NCBI GenBank assembly: GCA_003707115.1
Contig: PPNB01000022.1
Span: 62,001-126,000, forward strand
Origin: Tortispora ganteri
Lineage: Eukaryota
Reading direction: 5' to 3'
Length of the DNA: 64,000 nt
Shown here in pieces: positions 19,420 through 29,826 of the stretch. The notes beneath the pieces are model-generated. The model was given only the letters and a program-made list of their open reading frames with translations. It did not search any database and was not told where the DNA came from. The position numbers and the translations under genes were made by a program. Every line of letters begins with the position of its first letter. Position 1 is the first letter of the stretch.

Positions 19420-20412
19420 ATGCTGGAAAAGCGGGTGCTTAGACAAACGGATATCGCTGTGTTCGAAAAGAGCGCCACTGGGAAGGAGATCTTAGGATTT
19501 ATACTGGGATTGAATGATTCTTGCAAGAATGTTCCGCTAGATGCAGACTGCTCAGTATCTGATAGCGTGCAGAAACTGATTGCGGCGTTGGATCAAGTAG
19601 AACAGCTAGTGAAGGCAACGCCTCCAATAGAGACAGCTTCACGTTTTGGTAATCCTGCATTTAGAGACTTGTACGATAAAATATACGATGCACAATTATT
19701 GAAAGAATTTGGTCTTACAGCTGACGACGACTCCAGTCAGTACCTTTGCCGAGCGTTTGGTGACCGTGAGCGAATCGACTACGGGTCCGGCCACGAGCTC
19801 AACTTCATGTGCTGCCTATTGTGCCTAAAGAAGCAAGGATTCTTCACAGAGGACGACTACTGTGCATTGGTCATAAAAGTGTTTGAAAAATACATAAAAG
19901 TCATGAGACACATACAAGCAATGTACTTTCTGGAACCCGCTGGATCGCATGGCGTTTGGGGTCTCGACGACTACCATTTCCTGCCGTTCATGTTTGGATC
20001 GGCTCAGCTATACAACCACAAGTATTTAAGGCCTAAGTCTATTCATGATCTTGACGTGCTGGAATCTTATTCGCACTTAAGTATGTACTTAGACGCAGTC
20101 AGGTACGTGAACTCAGTAAAGACGGCCAGTTTGCGATGGCATTCGCCCATGCTCGACGATATATCTGGTGCCAAGTCCTGGTCAAAGATTAATGACGGCA
20201 TGATAAAAATGTACAAGGCAGAAGTTTTGGGAAAGCTGCCTATCATGCAGCACTTTCTTTTTGGCAAAATTCTGCCTGCCGATCCAGACATGTCGCCAGC
20301 AGGTACCGAGCCGGAACATGTGCACAGCACCTGGGGCGAATGCTGCGGAATTAAAGTGCCGTCCGCGATGGCGGCAGCCTCTGCTGAAGGATATACGATT
20401 CCGTTCGACTGA
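19420..20412 (+). CDS. RRD2: PP2A phosphatase activator (PTPA) Rrd2
   Basis: SRFGN, RIDYGSGHELNF, LEPAGSHGVWGLDDY, SLRWHSPMLDDIS, WGECCGIKVPS, C-terminal IPFD. Confidence 0.92.
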   Translation: MLEKRVLRQTDIAVFEKSATGKEILGFILGLNDSCKNVPLDADCSVSDSVQKLIAALDQVEQLVKATPPIETASRFGNPAFRDLYDKIYDAQLLKEFGLTADDDSSQYLCRAFGDRERIDYGSGHELNFMCCLLCLKKQGFFTEDDYCALVIKVFEKYIKVMRHIQAMYFLEPAGSHGVWGLDDYHFLPFMFGSAQLYNHKYLRPKSIHDLDVLESYSHLSMYLDAVRYVNSVKTASLRWHSPMLDDISGAKSWSKINDGMIKMYKAEVLGKLPIMQHFLFGKILPADPDMSPAGTEPEHVHSTWGECCGIKVPSAMAAASAEGYTIPFD

Positions 20413-20510
20413 ACTACATGTCTACTAGTAAGTGCAATGGCAGTAAAATGGTGTTATAAGTCGTGGTGAAAGGGGTGAAAGCTGGAAAATAAAAAAGATA
20501 ACAGATCAGC

Positions 20511-20795
20511 TCACGCGGCCTCCAAAGCCTCCAAGGTCTTACGACCGGCTTTCGTGTACAAGAAATCGTTAAATTTGTGAGCCTTGTAGAAAGTGTAAAG
20601 GTAAATACCGGCGGGAACGGTGATGATCAAAAACTTAGCGCTAACTCTTCGGAAAGTGTTGAAGATGGCGCTGTGTAAAGCACCAGCAAAAGGGCGCTGC
20701 GCATAGCCTGATACAGAGTATGAGGTAACTCCGCGAACAGGGAAAGCGCTCATATAGCCCCAATGACCAATGTATCCGTAGTGTCCTCCAGCCAT
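20511..20795 (-). CDS. QCR8: Cytochrome bc1 complex subunit 8
   Basis: YIGHWG, GVTSYSVS.YAQRPFAG..HSAIFNTFRR, FLYTKAGR; CCAATCA upstream at 20875-20881. Confidence 0.93.
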   Translation of the reverse strand: MAGGHYGYIGHWGYMSAFPVRGVTSYSVSGYAQRPFAGALHSAIFNTFRRVSAKFLIITVPAGIYLYTFYKAHKFNDFLYTKAGRKTLEALEAA

Positions 20796-21039
20796 TTTTC
20801 TATTCGTGCGATGTGGTGTATGGAAAAAGAATGGTGAACTTGTTGGTAAGTGGAACTAGTTGTTGGAGTTGCCGTGATTGGTTTGTAATGTTGCCATGAC
20901 ACCTACCTTTTCCATAGAAACGGTCACTGCGTTTTTACGGTGCGTGCACCTTTCGAAGGAAGTTTCTAATTTCTACGTCTTTCCGCCTCCCTTTTCTTGT
21001 CGACGAACTGAGCGGCTTTACTAATCTGATAAAATTAAA

Positions 21040-21879
21040 ATGTCCCGAGCATTATCTCGGATTGGCATGATTGCCATTGGAGGTATTTTTGTAGCACAAC
21101 AAGCACTGTATGACGTCAAAGGTGGCACTAGAGCGGTTATTTTCGATCGCCTTTCAGGAGTTCAAAAAACCGTCGTCGGTGAAGGCACGCATTTCTTAAT
21201 TCCGTGGCTCCAGAAAGCGATCGTTTTTGATGTCCGTACTAAACCCCGTAATATCTCTACTACTACTGGATCTAAGGATCTTCAAATGGTTACATTGACA
21301 CTGAGAGTGTTACACAGACCCGATGTGCCGCAGCTTCCCCAGATATACCGAAACTTGGGTCTAGACTATGACGAAAGAGTCTTACCCTCAATCGGTAATG
21401 AAGTTCTAAAAGCCATTGTTGCTCAATTTGATGCTGCGGAACTTATTACACAGCGTGAAGAGGTTTCAGCTCGAATCCGCCAAGATCTGAAAGCTCGTGC
21501 TGCTGAGTTTGATATTGCACTTGAAGACGTTTCCATTACCCATATGACATTTGGACGTGAGTTCACTAAAGCTGTTGAGCAGAAACAAATTGCACAACAG
21601 GATGCGGAACGTGCTAGATTCATTGTTGAAAAGGCAGAACAAGAGAAACAAGCTGCCATCATTCGGGCAGAAGGTGAAGCTGAAGCAGCAGAGCATATTT
21701 CTAAAGCATTACAGAAAGCTGGCGATGGATTATTACTTGTGAGAAGAATTGAAGCCGCTAAAGAGATCGCAACCACTCTTGGGCAGAGCTCTAATGTTAC
21801 ATATTTGCCTTCTGGACACGCGCAAGAGTCTGGCAACGGCTCAGGAGCAACAAACTTGTTATTAAACATTGGAAGGTAG
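21040..21879 (+). CDS. PHB1: Prohibitin subunit Phb1
   Basis: [53 protein letters not shown]. Confidence 0.96.
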   Translation: MSRALSRIGMIAIGGIFVAQQALYDVKGGTRAVIFDRLSGVQKTVVGEGTHFLIPWLQKAIVFDVRTKPRNISTTTGSKDLQMVTLTLRVLHRPDVPQLPQIYRNLGLDYDERVLPSIGNEVLKAIVAQFDAAELITQREEVSARIRQDLKARAAEFDIALEDVSITHMTFGREFTKAVEQKQIAQQDAERARFIVEKAEQEKQAAIIRAEGEAEAAEHISKALQKAGDGLLLVRRIEAAKEIATTLGQSSNVTYLPSGHAQESGNGSGATNLLLNIGR

Positions 21880-21956
21880 TGGTGTATTACCGTTACAAAT
21901 GTGATTTCAGCGACATTTAGTATTTAAATGTAAATATTCGTCTATTTTAAAACGCC

Positions 21957-22977
21957 CTAGTTGGAAGGTTCACCGTAGATGAAGTTTCTAGCCCAAGTAG
22001 GGAGAATGAATGAGGCGGCGTGGATCTCCTTGTTGTAGTATTTGCACAGTTTACTTTCCTCATCAGAGTCCCAGGTGCGCAAAGGCTTTCTGACATTGGC
22101 ATTAGGGTCTTTGGAGCAGACCATGAATCCGATTTGGCCAGAGGGATATGTCGGAATAGTAGTGTAAGCATAGTCAGCGACTGGGAACACTTCAGCGCAA
22201 GCTTTGCGAAGGTCTTTGATCAAAGGCATATGAAGCCAGATATTCTCAGCTAAATAAAGAGTTAGTAAAACAGTTTAATGAGTGGGTGGGGATAAAAATA
22301 GAGTAGGATACTTATCCTGCCAAGCAGCGAATGGCAGTAGCATTCGATACTTGGTGAAACTTCACAGCACAACCTTGCGTAGTAATACAGCCCTTCTCAG
22401 TAAGGGCTTCGTGGAGCAATTCAAAGTACGGTTTCTGGAACAGAGCTTCAGCGGGGCCTTCGGGATCAGAAGAGTCGGTAATGATAACGTCAAATTCGTT
22501 CTTGTAATCAGCAAGGAACTTAAATCCGTCGCCTACATGGACCTTGACTTTAGGGTGCTCAAAACCGACGCTCATTCCAGGCAAGTATTTCTTAGAGACA
22601 CGAATGACACATTCGTCGATGTCACAAAGAACGGCCTGTTCTACGCATTCATGTTTAACGATCTCACGAAGGACACCACCGTCACCACCACCGATAACGA
22701 GCACCTTTTTGGGGTTGGGGTGAGAGTTCATAGCCAAATGGCAGATCATCTCCTGGTAGGCAAACTCATCACGCTCGGTAGCCTGAATGACACCATCCAA
22801 AACCAAAACGTTACCGTAGTCGGTAGATTCGAATACAAGTACATCTTGATACTTGGACTTCTCAACATGGAGGATCTGTTTGACACGCAAAGTCATAGCC
22901 TGACCAGGCCATAGCTCGTCGCTGACTTCACGGAACCATCCATCGTTAATAGTGGGGTGAGAGAGTTCAGAAGCCAT
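21957..22977 (-). CDS. SPE3: Spermidine synthase; exons 22977-22374 and 22249-21957
   Basis: GWFRE, WPGQA, LDGVIQ, IGGGDGG, DSSDP; splicing GTTGTG...TACTAAC...TAG (22373-22250) restores ITTQAENIWLH and PTYPSG. Confidence 0.93.
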
Positions 22978-23064
22978 TGTATTATATATTTATATAAGGA
23001 CAACAAAGAAAAAGCGTTGGTGGGGCTAGAAAATATATATTATTTTTTTTTTCTCCTTACAGGG

Positions 23065-23072
23065 CCGGGTAA
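23065..23072. promoter_or_regulatory. Reb1-like site CCGGGTAA upstream of SPE3
   Basis: Exact CCGGGTAA beside a poly-T tract; same motif at 49753-49760 and TTACCCG at 44133-44139, all in intergenic spacers. Confidence 0.5.
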
Positions 23073-23148
23073 CTAGGTTGTAGTGCCGTTATACGTATAA
23101 ATCGGGTCCAGCGGTATACGCGGATGGATCTGCAAAGCGTAAATTTCT

Positions 23149-24219
23149 TTATTCATTAAAATGAAAAACCAAGTAATGTGGCAACCCGTATGAATGGTAG
23201 TTTAGACGCTTAGCCATTTTGGCAAAGCCTTCTGTCTCGATGAGATGGTAGAAAGGGAATGTGGGAAACATGGCACCGTCTCTGTGCACTTCGGCCTTAA
23301 CTAGCAGGACGGCACCGCCTACTCCATCTAGTTCGATCTCGATTTCCGGGTCCTGCGCAGGATCGTACAAGTGAGCCATCAGTGTTCTATATGTAGGCAG
23401 CTCTGCGTATCCCTCGAGCAGAATCTCGTCGTCACCTAAAGTTGCAGCAAGATTCTGAGCTTCCTGAGAATCGATCCAGTTGTTGAAATCGTATGGTCTC
23501 GAAAGGATTTTGCCGTTTTCTTTGTATTTCTGATACACATTCGGTGCTATTATGGATTTGTTGTGTGAGGTGAGATCTTCAATGAGAGTTGGTGGGGTTT
23601 CGACAATGTCAGTGTCTAGCCACAAGACCCATGACACATCAGGTTTCAAATTCGTAAAAAGAGCGGAGTTTCGCGCCCGAGCCATCGCTGACCTTCTTTC
23701 CTTTTGTGCTTCAAACTTGTGCCTTGATTTCTCGTCTTGTGCCACACGGTTCTGGAAATCCTCACGTAAAATAGTCACTTTACCGAACCTTGACTGCGGT
23801 GGATTCATCTGAATATCTGCAACTGCCTTCCTAAGTTTATCCTCTGTATCTCTTCCATCATTATCTCTGGGAAGTATAAACACTACGTCGATCAGTTCCC
23901 TTGGATACTTCAGTGCGAGCAGGTTGTGCCAGTACGCGGGCTCGAAACGCACCATTGGCGATATCACTAACACACGTTCTTTGTTCTTTGCCGCATTAGG
24001 GGTAGACTTTAGGGTATTAAAGTTGTGTCTACGTATAGCGGATTTCGGAGATATTCTTGATCCAAAATCTGTACGATCACGTACGCCAACGCTGTTGGTC
24101 TTACCAGTAAAACCGAACCTTCTAAGTACAACGAAACAACACGCTGCTACAGCGATATACAGAATAATCCTGTGCACCTTTCCTAGTCGCTTACGCGTGT
24201 TCCAATACTGTGTAGACAT
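23149..24219 (-). CDS. MNN9: Mannan polymerase subunit Mnn9 (Anp1/GT62 family)
   Basis: Type II TM anchor, AQKERRSAMARARN, WVLWLDTDI, YDFNNW, LDGVGG, FYHLIETEGFAKMA. Confidence 0.92.
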   Translation of the reverse strand: MSTQYWNTRKRLGKVHRIILYIAVAACCFVVLRRFGFTGKTNSVGVRDRTDFGSRISPKSAIRRHNFNTLKSTPNAAKNKERVLVISPMVRFEPAYWHNLLALKYPRELIDVVFILPRDNDGRDTEDKLRKAVADIQMNPPQSRFGKVTILREDFQNRVAQDEKSRHKFEAQKERRSAMARARNSALFTNLKPDVSWVLWLDTDIVETPPTLIEDLTSHNKSIIAPNVYQKYKENGKILSRPYDFNNWIDSQEAQNLAATLGDDEILLEGYAELPTYRTLMAHLYDPAQDPEIEIELDGVGGAVLLVKAEVHRDGAMFPTFPFYHLIETEGFAKMAKRLNYHSYGLPHYLVFHFNE

Positions 24220-24433
24220 GATGCAGCTAGACCCTCAAACTGGTGATTCTAGTGCTTTTTTACGGCCTACTACTAGAGATAAGAAGGCCTCTTCTATAAC
24301 AAAAAATGTGTAAAGGGGGGGTGGTAGCAGGTTTGGTGCAAAGTGTCACAAAGTTGGGTTAGCTGTATGGTTTGACGAAACTTTATTACATTTAAAGTTT
24401 GAATGATTCGACAAGAGCTTCAATTAGCCCCGT

Positions 24434-25666
24434 CTATAGAGAATTCGTAGAGCTCATAATTTCTCCTGCAGCGATTACGATATCGTCTGAGTAGAGCACA
24501 CATATCTGACCAGGTGCTACAGCGCGAACAGGCTGCTTAAACTTTATGCTGAGGCTGTCAGAACTGTCTCGGTCGACAGCAGCGATGTCGTGGAACGGTC
24601 CCAGAGAGGAAATCCGCGCACGAATATGAGGAAATGTCAGGACGCCTGGAAGTTCCAAGATGTTCTGTAGGGTCATGGAAAGCTGGTCAGAAAAGAGTTC
24701 AGGGTTATCGTGGCCACGAACAATATGAATAGTGTTGAGATTGACGTCTTTACGGGACACAAACCAGGTTCCTGTCTCGAGAGGGTCGGCTTGATGCATG
24801 TGCACGCGCGCACGTTGACCGATAGTGTAATTCCATATACCGAGATGGTCGCCTGTAAGTCTCACAGAGCCGTCGTCTCTATGTGCAATAATCGGTCCAG
24901 GCCGGTCAGGAATGTAGTCGGCGAGAAATTGCGAGAAATCAGAGTAAGACTCGCCGACAAAACAGAGACCTTGTGAGTCTGGGTTTTGAGCAGTTTTGAG
25001 GCCGAAATCGGTAGCGATCTGGCGTGTTTGTTTTTTGGTGATGCTACCGAGCGGGAACATGACATTCACTAGTGACTTTGCTGGTACTGTTGACAAAAAG
25101 AAGGATTGATCTTTGGTGATGTCGATGGCAGTCATGAGCACAATTGCGTTTGATATAGGGTCATGCATGATACGCGCATAGTGACCGGTAGCGAGCCAAA
25201 TATTACCTGAAGAAGTGCGTGTCCGCAGTATGTCGGCCAATATTCCAAATTTTATATGCGCATTACAAGCGACATCCGGATTCGGCGTCCGGCCGTCGGC
25301 GTAAGCTTCGATCATAGGTTGGAATACGTGCGCCCAATACTGCTTTTCGAGATTGATTCGCTCTGCAGGGATCTGTAACTGTGCGCATACCGTCTGTACG
25401 TCTGTCCATTCCCGCTCAGTGCATCCTGGTTCCTTCGATCCGATAACTGGCGAGTCTCCCCAGTTTGCCATGTAAATTCCACGAACGTCGTTGTACTGCT
25501 GGGCGAGCTGGGCAGCGACCACCGACGAATCAACACCTGAACTCATCGCCACGTAGATTGTATCACCATGTCGCGGCTGCGGGTGACGCAGACTAGAGAC
25601 GTCAAGCTTGTAGGTTCTTGCCCGCGGAATGCAAGGGCTACGGCGTAGAAGCCGATTGAAAAGCAT
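24434..25666 (-). CDS. SLM3: Mitochondrial tRNA 2-thiouridylase Slm3/Mtu1 (MnmA)
   Basis: VAMSSGVDS, TPNPDVACN..IKFG, LATGHYA, KDQSFFL, DSQGLCFV, YTIGQR, APGQ; ATG at 25666. Confidence 0.92.
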   Translation of the reverse strand: MLFNRLLRRSPCIPRARTYKLDVSSLRHPQPRHGDTIYVAMSSGVDSSVVAAQLAQQYNDVRGIYMANWGDSPVIGSKEPGCTEREWTDVQTVCAQLQIPAERINLEKQYWAHVFQPMIEAYADGRTPNPDVACNAHIKFGILADILRTRTSSGNIWLATGHYARIMHDPISNAIVLMTAIDITKDQSFFLSTVPAKSLVNVMFPLGSITKKQTRQIATDFGLKTAQNPDSQGLCFVGESYSDFSQFLADYIPDRPGPIIAHRDDGSVRLTGDHLGIWNYTIGQRARVHMHQADPLETGTWFVSRKDVNLNTIHIVRGHDNPELFSDQLSMTLQNILELPGVLTFPHIRARISSLGPFHDIAAVDRDSSDSLSIKFKQPVRAVAPGQICVLYSDDIVIAAGEIMSSTNSL

Positions 25667-25756
25667 ATGAGCCACTAGCAAAAATCTGCGGGAGCGTGGT
25701 GTATATTTGTGCCTGTGTGTGTGAACCTTACTTTCTCCCCGCGTACACAGCGAGAA

Positions 25757-26323
25757 ATGAGGCTGCTGGTGCTGAGTGGTGCGACGGCGCCCTTTGAACT
25801 GCTCATTGAGCTGATTCTAAGCGAAGAAGTACTTCAGAGCGTTTATGATGCTGGCGTAACCGAGTTACGCGTACAGTACGGTATGGCCGAGACCATGTAT
25901 GAGCAATGTCTTCAACGACTCCGCCAGCGGCTCGACGACCAGCTCGACACTAATGTTCCCGAATGGACTTCTGTTGATATTAGCGGATTTGGATTGACTT
26001 CCAAAATTGCAGATGAGATTCAGGCTGCAGATCTTGTAGTCTCACATGCCGGAACAGGATCCATCCTTGACAGTCTCCGTGCAGGCAAACGGCTACTAAC
26101 AGTAGTGAACCCTGATCTCATGGACAACCACCAACAACAAATCGCTGACCAGCTTGCAGCCTATCAATATTTAGTGTCTTTTGTGCCGTTGAAGCGTGAC
26201 GATGATAAATTGGCCCTTGGTGCATCTATCCAGGCTCTTTTAGGCGCACCTATACGCCCTCTGCCACCACCGCAAAGCACCAAACTCGCGAACATAATCG
26301 ACACTGTCGCTGGCATAGTATAG
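25757..26323 (+). CDS. ALG13: UDP-GlcNAc transferase catalytic subunit Alg13
   Basis: GATAPF, VQYG, LVVSHAGTGSILD, VVNPDLMDNHQQQIA; ATG at 25757. Confidence 0.92.
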   Translation: MRLLVLSGATAPFELLIELILSEEVLQSVYDAGVTELRVQYGMAETMYEQCLQRLRQRLDDQLDTNVPEWTSVDISGFGLTSKIADEIQAADLVVSHAGTGSILDSLRAGKRLLTVVNPDLMDNHQQQIADQLAAYQYLVSFVPLKRDDDKLALGASIQALLGAPIRPLPPPQSTKLANIIDTVAGIV

Positions 26324-26407
26324 TCTACATTAAATTGGCATCTATAACCATTACAAAAATAATAATACAATGTACCAATGCGCGCAATGTTTGTCTTTTC
26401 TCGTATG

Positions 26408-27676
26408 CTAATGTAATGCATCAAGGCCGTACTCTAATTCCTTCTCAAGGTCAGCCGTGTCGTTGTTGCCCAGGTTCTCTTGCGGTTTAGGCACTTCGTC
26501 ATATGCTGATTCGTATTCAACAGAAGCTGATTTATCTGAAGCCGCTACGGCAGTCGCTGCAGTGAAATCGAGCTGGCTGGGTCTATGAGCTCCTGAGATC
26601 TCATTCCGCATATCTATCACTTCGTTCAATATGATCTCACGAAGCTTATCCATGTCGTTGATCGTCTCAAAAGAAAAATCAAACGGGATAGGACACTCAA
26701 TCTCGTCCACGGGGTCATGCCACAGCTTCAGGTACTCGTGTTCCAATGCCTCCTGCACCGTGATGCGGCGGTCTGGGTCAAATGCTAAAAGTTTATCGAG
26801 CAGATCCAGTGCTAAAGGATTGGCCTCTGGAAAAAGCTTGGAGAACGACACCTTAGGCTGCGCTGGTAGTGAGCGGACGTAGTCTTGCGCACGTTGCGAA
26901 CCGATGCGCGACAAAGTGTCCTCGTCTGGTGTACCAAGCACTGACAGGATCTGGTTCAGCTGGTCTACATAGTCGCGTCCGCGGAACAACGGTCGTCCGC
27001 CAAGCAGCTCGGCGAGAATACAGCCCACAGACCACACGTCAATTGCCTTGGAATAGCTCTGAACAGAAAGCATGATTTCCGGGGCCCGGTACCAACGCGT
27101 AGCGACATACTCGGTCATAAACCCGGCGTTACGTTCCGGATCCTCGCTGAACCCTCTGGCAAGGCCGAAGTCGCAAATCTTCAGCTCGCAGTCGGCGTTA
27201 ATGAGCAAGTTGCCTGGTTTCAGGTCGCGGTGCAACACGTTCGCAGAGTGTATGTACTTCAAACCGCAAAGCGTCTGGTAGATGAACGACTGATAATGCA
27301 TATCCGTGAGCGGTTGTTTAGACCGTATTATCTGGTGCATGTCACACTCCATGAGTTCTTCATAAAGGTACACCTCATTGAAGGCATTTACATCGACGAT
27401 ATCGAGGTTGTACAAGCAGACGATGTTCTTATGATTGCGAAAGTGTCTGAGCAGCTTGAGTTCACGCAATGCTCGCTTACAGACAATAGACCGCGAGAAA
27501 ACGTTAGTCACCTTTTTCACTGCCACACCTTTACCATTTGGATCGTCCGCAGGCTTAGCAGAGCATACAATACCGTATGCACCCTGACCAAGTTCGCGGG
27601 TAAGTTTTAACGATTTGTCAATAGTGAAATCCTGTCCAAATGTTCTATACGTGTGTCGAGGCATATCGAGAGCCAT
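26408..27676 (-). CDS. SLT2: Cell wall integrity MAP kinase Slt2/Mpk1
   Basis: [51 protein letters not shown]. Confidence 0.94.
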   Translation of the reverse strand: MALDMPRHTYRTFGQDFTIDKSLKLTRELGQGAYGIVCSAKPADDPNGKGVAVKKVTNVFSRSIVCKRALRELKLLRHFRNHKNIVCLYNLDIVDVNAFNEVYLYEELMECDMHQIIRSKQPLTDMHYQSFIYQTLCGLKYIHSANVLHRDLKPGNLLINADCELKICDFGLARGFSEDPERNAGFMTEYVATRWYRAPEIMLSVQSYSKAIDVWSVGCILAELLGGRPLFRGRDYVDQLNQILSVLGTPDEDTLSRIGSQRAQDYVRSLPAQPKVSFSKLFPEANPLALDLLDKLLAFDPDRRITVQEALEHEYLKLWHDPVDEIECPIPFDFSFETINDMDKLREIILNEVIDMRNEISGAHRPSQLDFTAATAVAASDKSASVEYESAYDEVPKPQENLGNNDTADLEKELEYGLDALH

Positions 27677-28056
27677 AGTATCAAAATTTGCGGTCTATAG
27701 CAAGAATGTAAGGGGTGTAAAGGCTAGCTAGAGCCTGGAACGTGCTATTTGGTAAGTCTCACAATGCTATTCTTAGTATTCCTGCACCCCTTAACAACCA
27801 AGAAAACTCAAACAGCCGCATAATACTAGGTTCCCAGTTAATATGCAATCATGTTACAGTACAATCAATTGTTAAACTACAATGTAGGCATCTAATACAA
27901 AGACATTAATCATATACTAGCACAATCTATTATTATATATGCCATCACCTAGCCTTTTCAGTGGCTGTTAAGCACCAGGCAGTTCATGGACAGCACCTTG
28001 AACTAGGAAAATTGCATGCATCTGTGCGTTGGCAAATCCATTAGGGTATGATACAC

Positions 28057-29826
28057 TTAACACCAGAAACGATAAGTGCGGATCAGAAAGTTCTTCTTTG
28101 CCAGTTCTTCACGCTCAATACGGAGCTCCTCATTCAGAGCATCTAGATCCAGCTCACGACGTCCCGAAGTGATATCTGCCGTACCAGGCCTGACAAATTT
28201 CGTTCGGAACCAAATCTTATAGCACAAGAAAAGTGTGATCACGAGAGGCGCTCCAAGGTAGGATGAAAAGAAGCTCTTCGCGTTTGGTGATGCACCTATT
28301 GGCCATACTGAGACCCAAAATGTGACAACAAGAACAAGAATGTTGAAGATAAATCCAATGTATGAACCTATCACGCCAGCTTGACTCGTGAAAGGAATCT
28401 CTTCAAGTGTGTGTCCTTGCTTCTTCCAAGCAATACGGAAAAGAATATGACTGAGACAGATAGATCCCCAGGTAAAAATACAGGACAGTCCAGTAAGCGC
28501 CAACAACCAGGTGAATACTTCGCCCTGTGCCGGCGAAGCAGCGATAAAACCTAATAGACCAAATGCCAATATGGTTATGATTGAAACAAGCGGTCGACCC
28601 TTACGATCAATGTAGGAAAATATCTTAGGAGCCATGTTCTGCTGTGATAGGGCGCAGAGGGTACGCGAGAATCCGAATATACAAGAATTGCCCACAGACA
28701 GAACAGCAACTAAAATTACAGCATTGATGATAGATGGCAGCGCGTTAATCTGAGCATTGACCACCGCTATGACAAAAGGGGACGCCTTAGCATCAACAGA
28801 TGAGTCACCGAGAAGGCGTGGGTCATTGTAAGGCACCAAGAGGCCGACAATTGTAAGACCTACAATGTAAAACAAAGTGATACGCCAGAACACTTGTTTA
28901 GCAGCCTTAGGCAACGTCTTACGAGGATTCGCAGTTTCAGCAGCAGCCAAACCTACTAATTCAGTGCCGGCGAATGAAAACGCTGCTGTCACGAATACCC
29001 TGCAAAGACCTTTAAATCCATGATTGAAGGCACCCGGATCATGCCAGTAAGTTCCACCGATATATCCCCCGACAGGTCCACCACCGCAGACAAGTACAAC
29101 ACCCAGAATGACAAAGCCAATAACTGCTATGACTTTGATAAGGGAGAACACAAACTCAGCTTCACCGTATCCTCGGACTCCGAAAAAATTAATGAACACA
29201 ATGCAAACCCAGAAAATGGCGACAAATACTGCAGGGCTGATAGATGTTGTCCAAAATTGAATAGTCATGGAGGCTGCAACAAGCTCAAGAGGAAATCCAA
29301 CGAACCATTGCATGGCATAATTCCAACCCATAGCAAAACCCCATGCAGGGTCGATGAATCGTGTGGAATATACAGCAAAGGCACCCGAGACTGGAAATAG
29401 AACTGCGAGTTCACCCAGCGCGTGAACAGTGCAGTAAAGCATGATACCAATGAGAGTAAATGCAATTAATAAAGAGGCTGGGCCACCATCATTAAGAGCC
29501 TTACCTGAGCCTACGAAGAGACCGGTACCTATAGCTCCGCCTATGGCGATCATCTGTAGATGGCGACCTTTAAGACTTCGGCTGAGCGGTGACTTAGCAA
29601 GCTTTATTTTGACAGCCTCTTCATCAAAATTTCGCCCAATGCTACGGGAGGCAGCCTCTATCTCAGCCTTTTCTTCAGGGCTGAATTCGTATGGTTTAAA
29701 AGAATTAACAAACTGCCTTAACACACCAGGTTCTTGATTAGCACCAACATGTACGTCGTGCTGATTATCAGATCCATAAGAGTAATCAGAAGCATCATCA
29801 ACTTTTGCAAATCGATCTTCCGCCAT
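28057..29826 (-). CDS. Yeast amino acid permease (YAT/APC), Gap1-like
   Basis: RHLQMIAIGGAIGTGLFVGSG, AFSFAGTELVGLAAAE, SPFVIA, C-terminal FWC. Confidence 0.93.
   Translation of the reverse strand: MAEDRFAKVDDASDYSYGSDNQHDVHVGANQEPGVLRQFVNSFKPYEFSPEEKAEIEAASRSIGRNFDEEAVKIKLAKSPLSRSLKGRHLQMIAIGGAIGTGLFVGSGKALNDGGPASLLIAFTLIGIMLYCTVHALGELAVLFPVSGAFAVYSTRFIDPAWGFAMGWNYAMQWFVGFPLELVAASMTIQFWTTSISPAVFVAIFWVCIVFINFFGVRGYGEAEFVFSLIKVIAVIGFVILGVVLVCGGGPVGGYIGGTYWHDPGAFNHGFKGLCRVFVTAAFSFAGTELVGLAAAETANPRKTLPKAAKQVFWRITLFYIVGLTIVGLLVPYNDPRLLGDSSVDAKASPFVIAVVNAQINALPSIINAVILVAVLSVGNSCIFGFSRTLCALSQQNMAPKIFSYIDRKGRPLVSIITILAFGLLGFIAASPAQGEVFTWLLALTGLSCIFTWGSICLSHILFRIAWKKQGHTLEEIPFTSQAGVIGSYIGFIFNILVLVVTFWVSVWPIGASPNAKSFFSSYLGAPLVITLFLCYKIWFRTKFVRPGTADITSGRRELDLDALNEELRIEREELAKKNFLIRTYRFWC

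Noticed and set aside
19341..19526. N-terminal extensions of PEX4 and RRD2 that overlap each other in the ORF track
   Set aside because: They rely on TTG starts; homology begins at ATGs 19340 and 19420, leaving a 79-bp spacer
22310..22316. Possible GATAA microexon or twin intron inside the SPE3 intron
   Set aside because: No convincing branch point before the internal CAG; kept only as cryptic donors in the SPE3 finding
22282..22914. 210-aa ORF antisense to SPE3
   Set aside because: No recognisable family; expected shadow of a codon-biased gene
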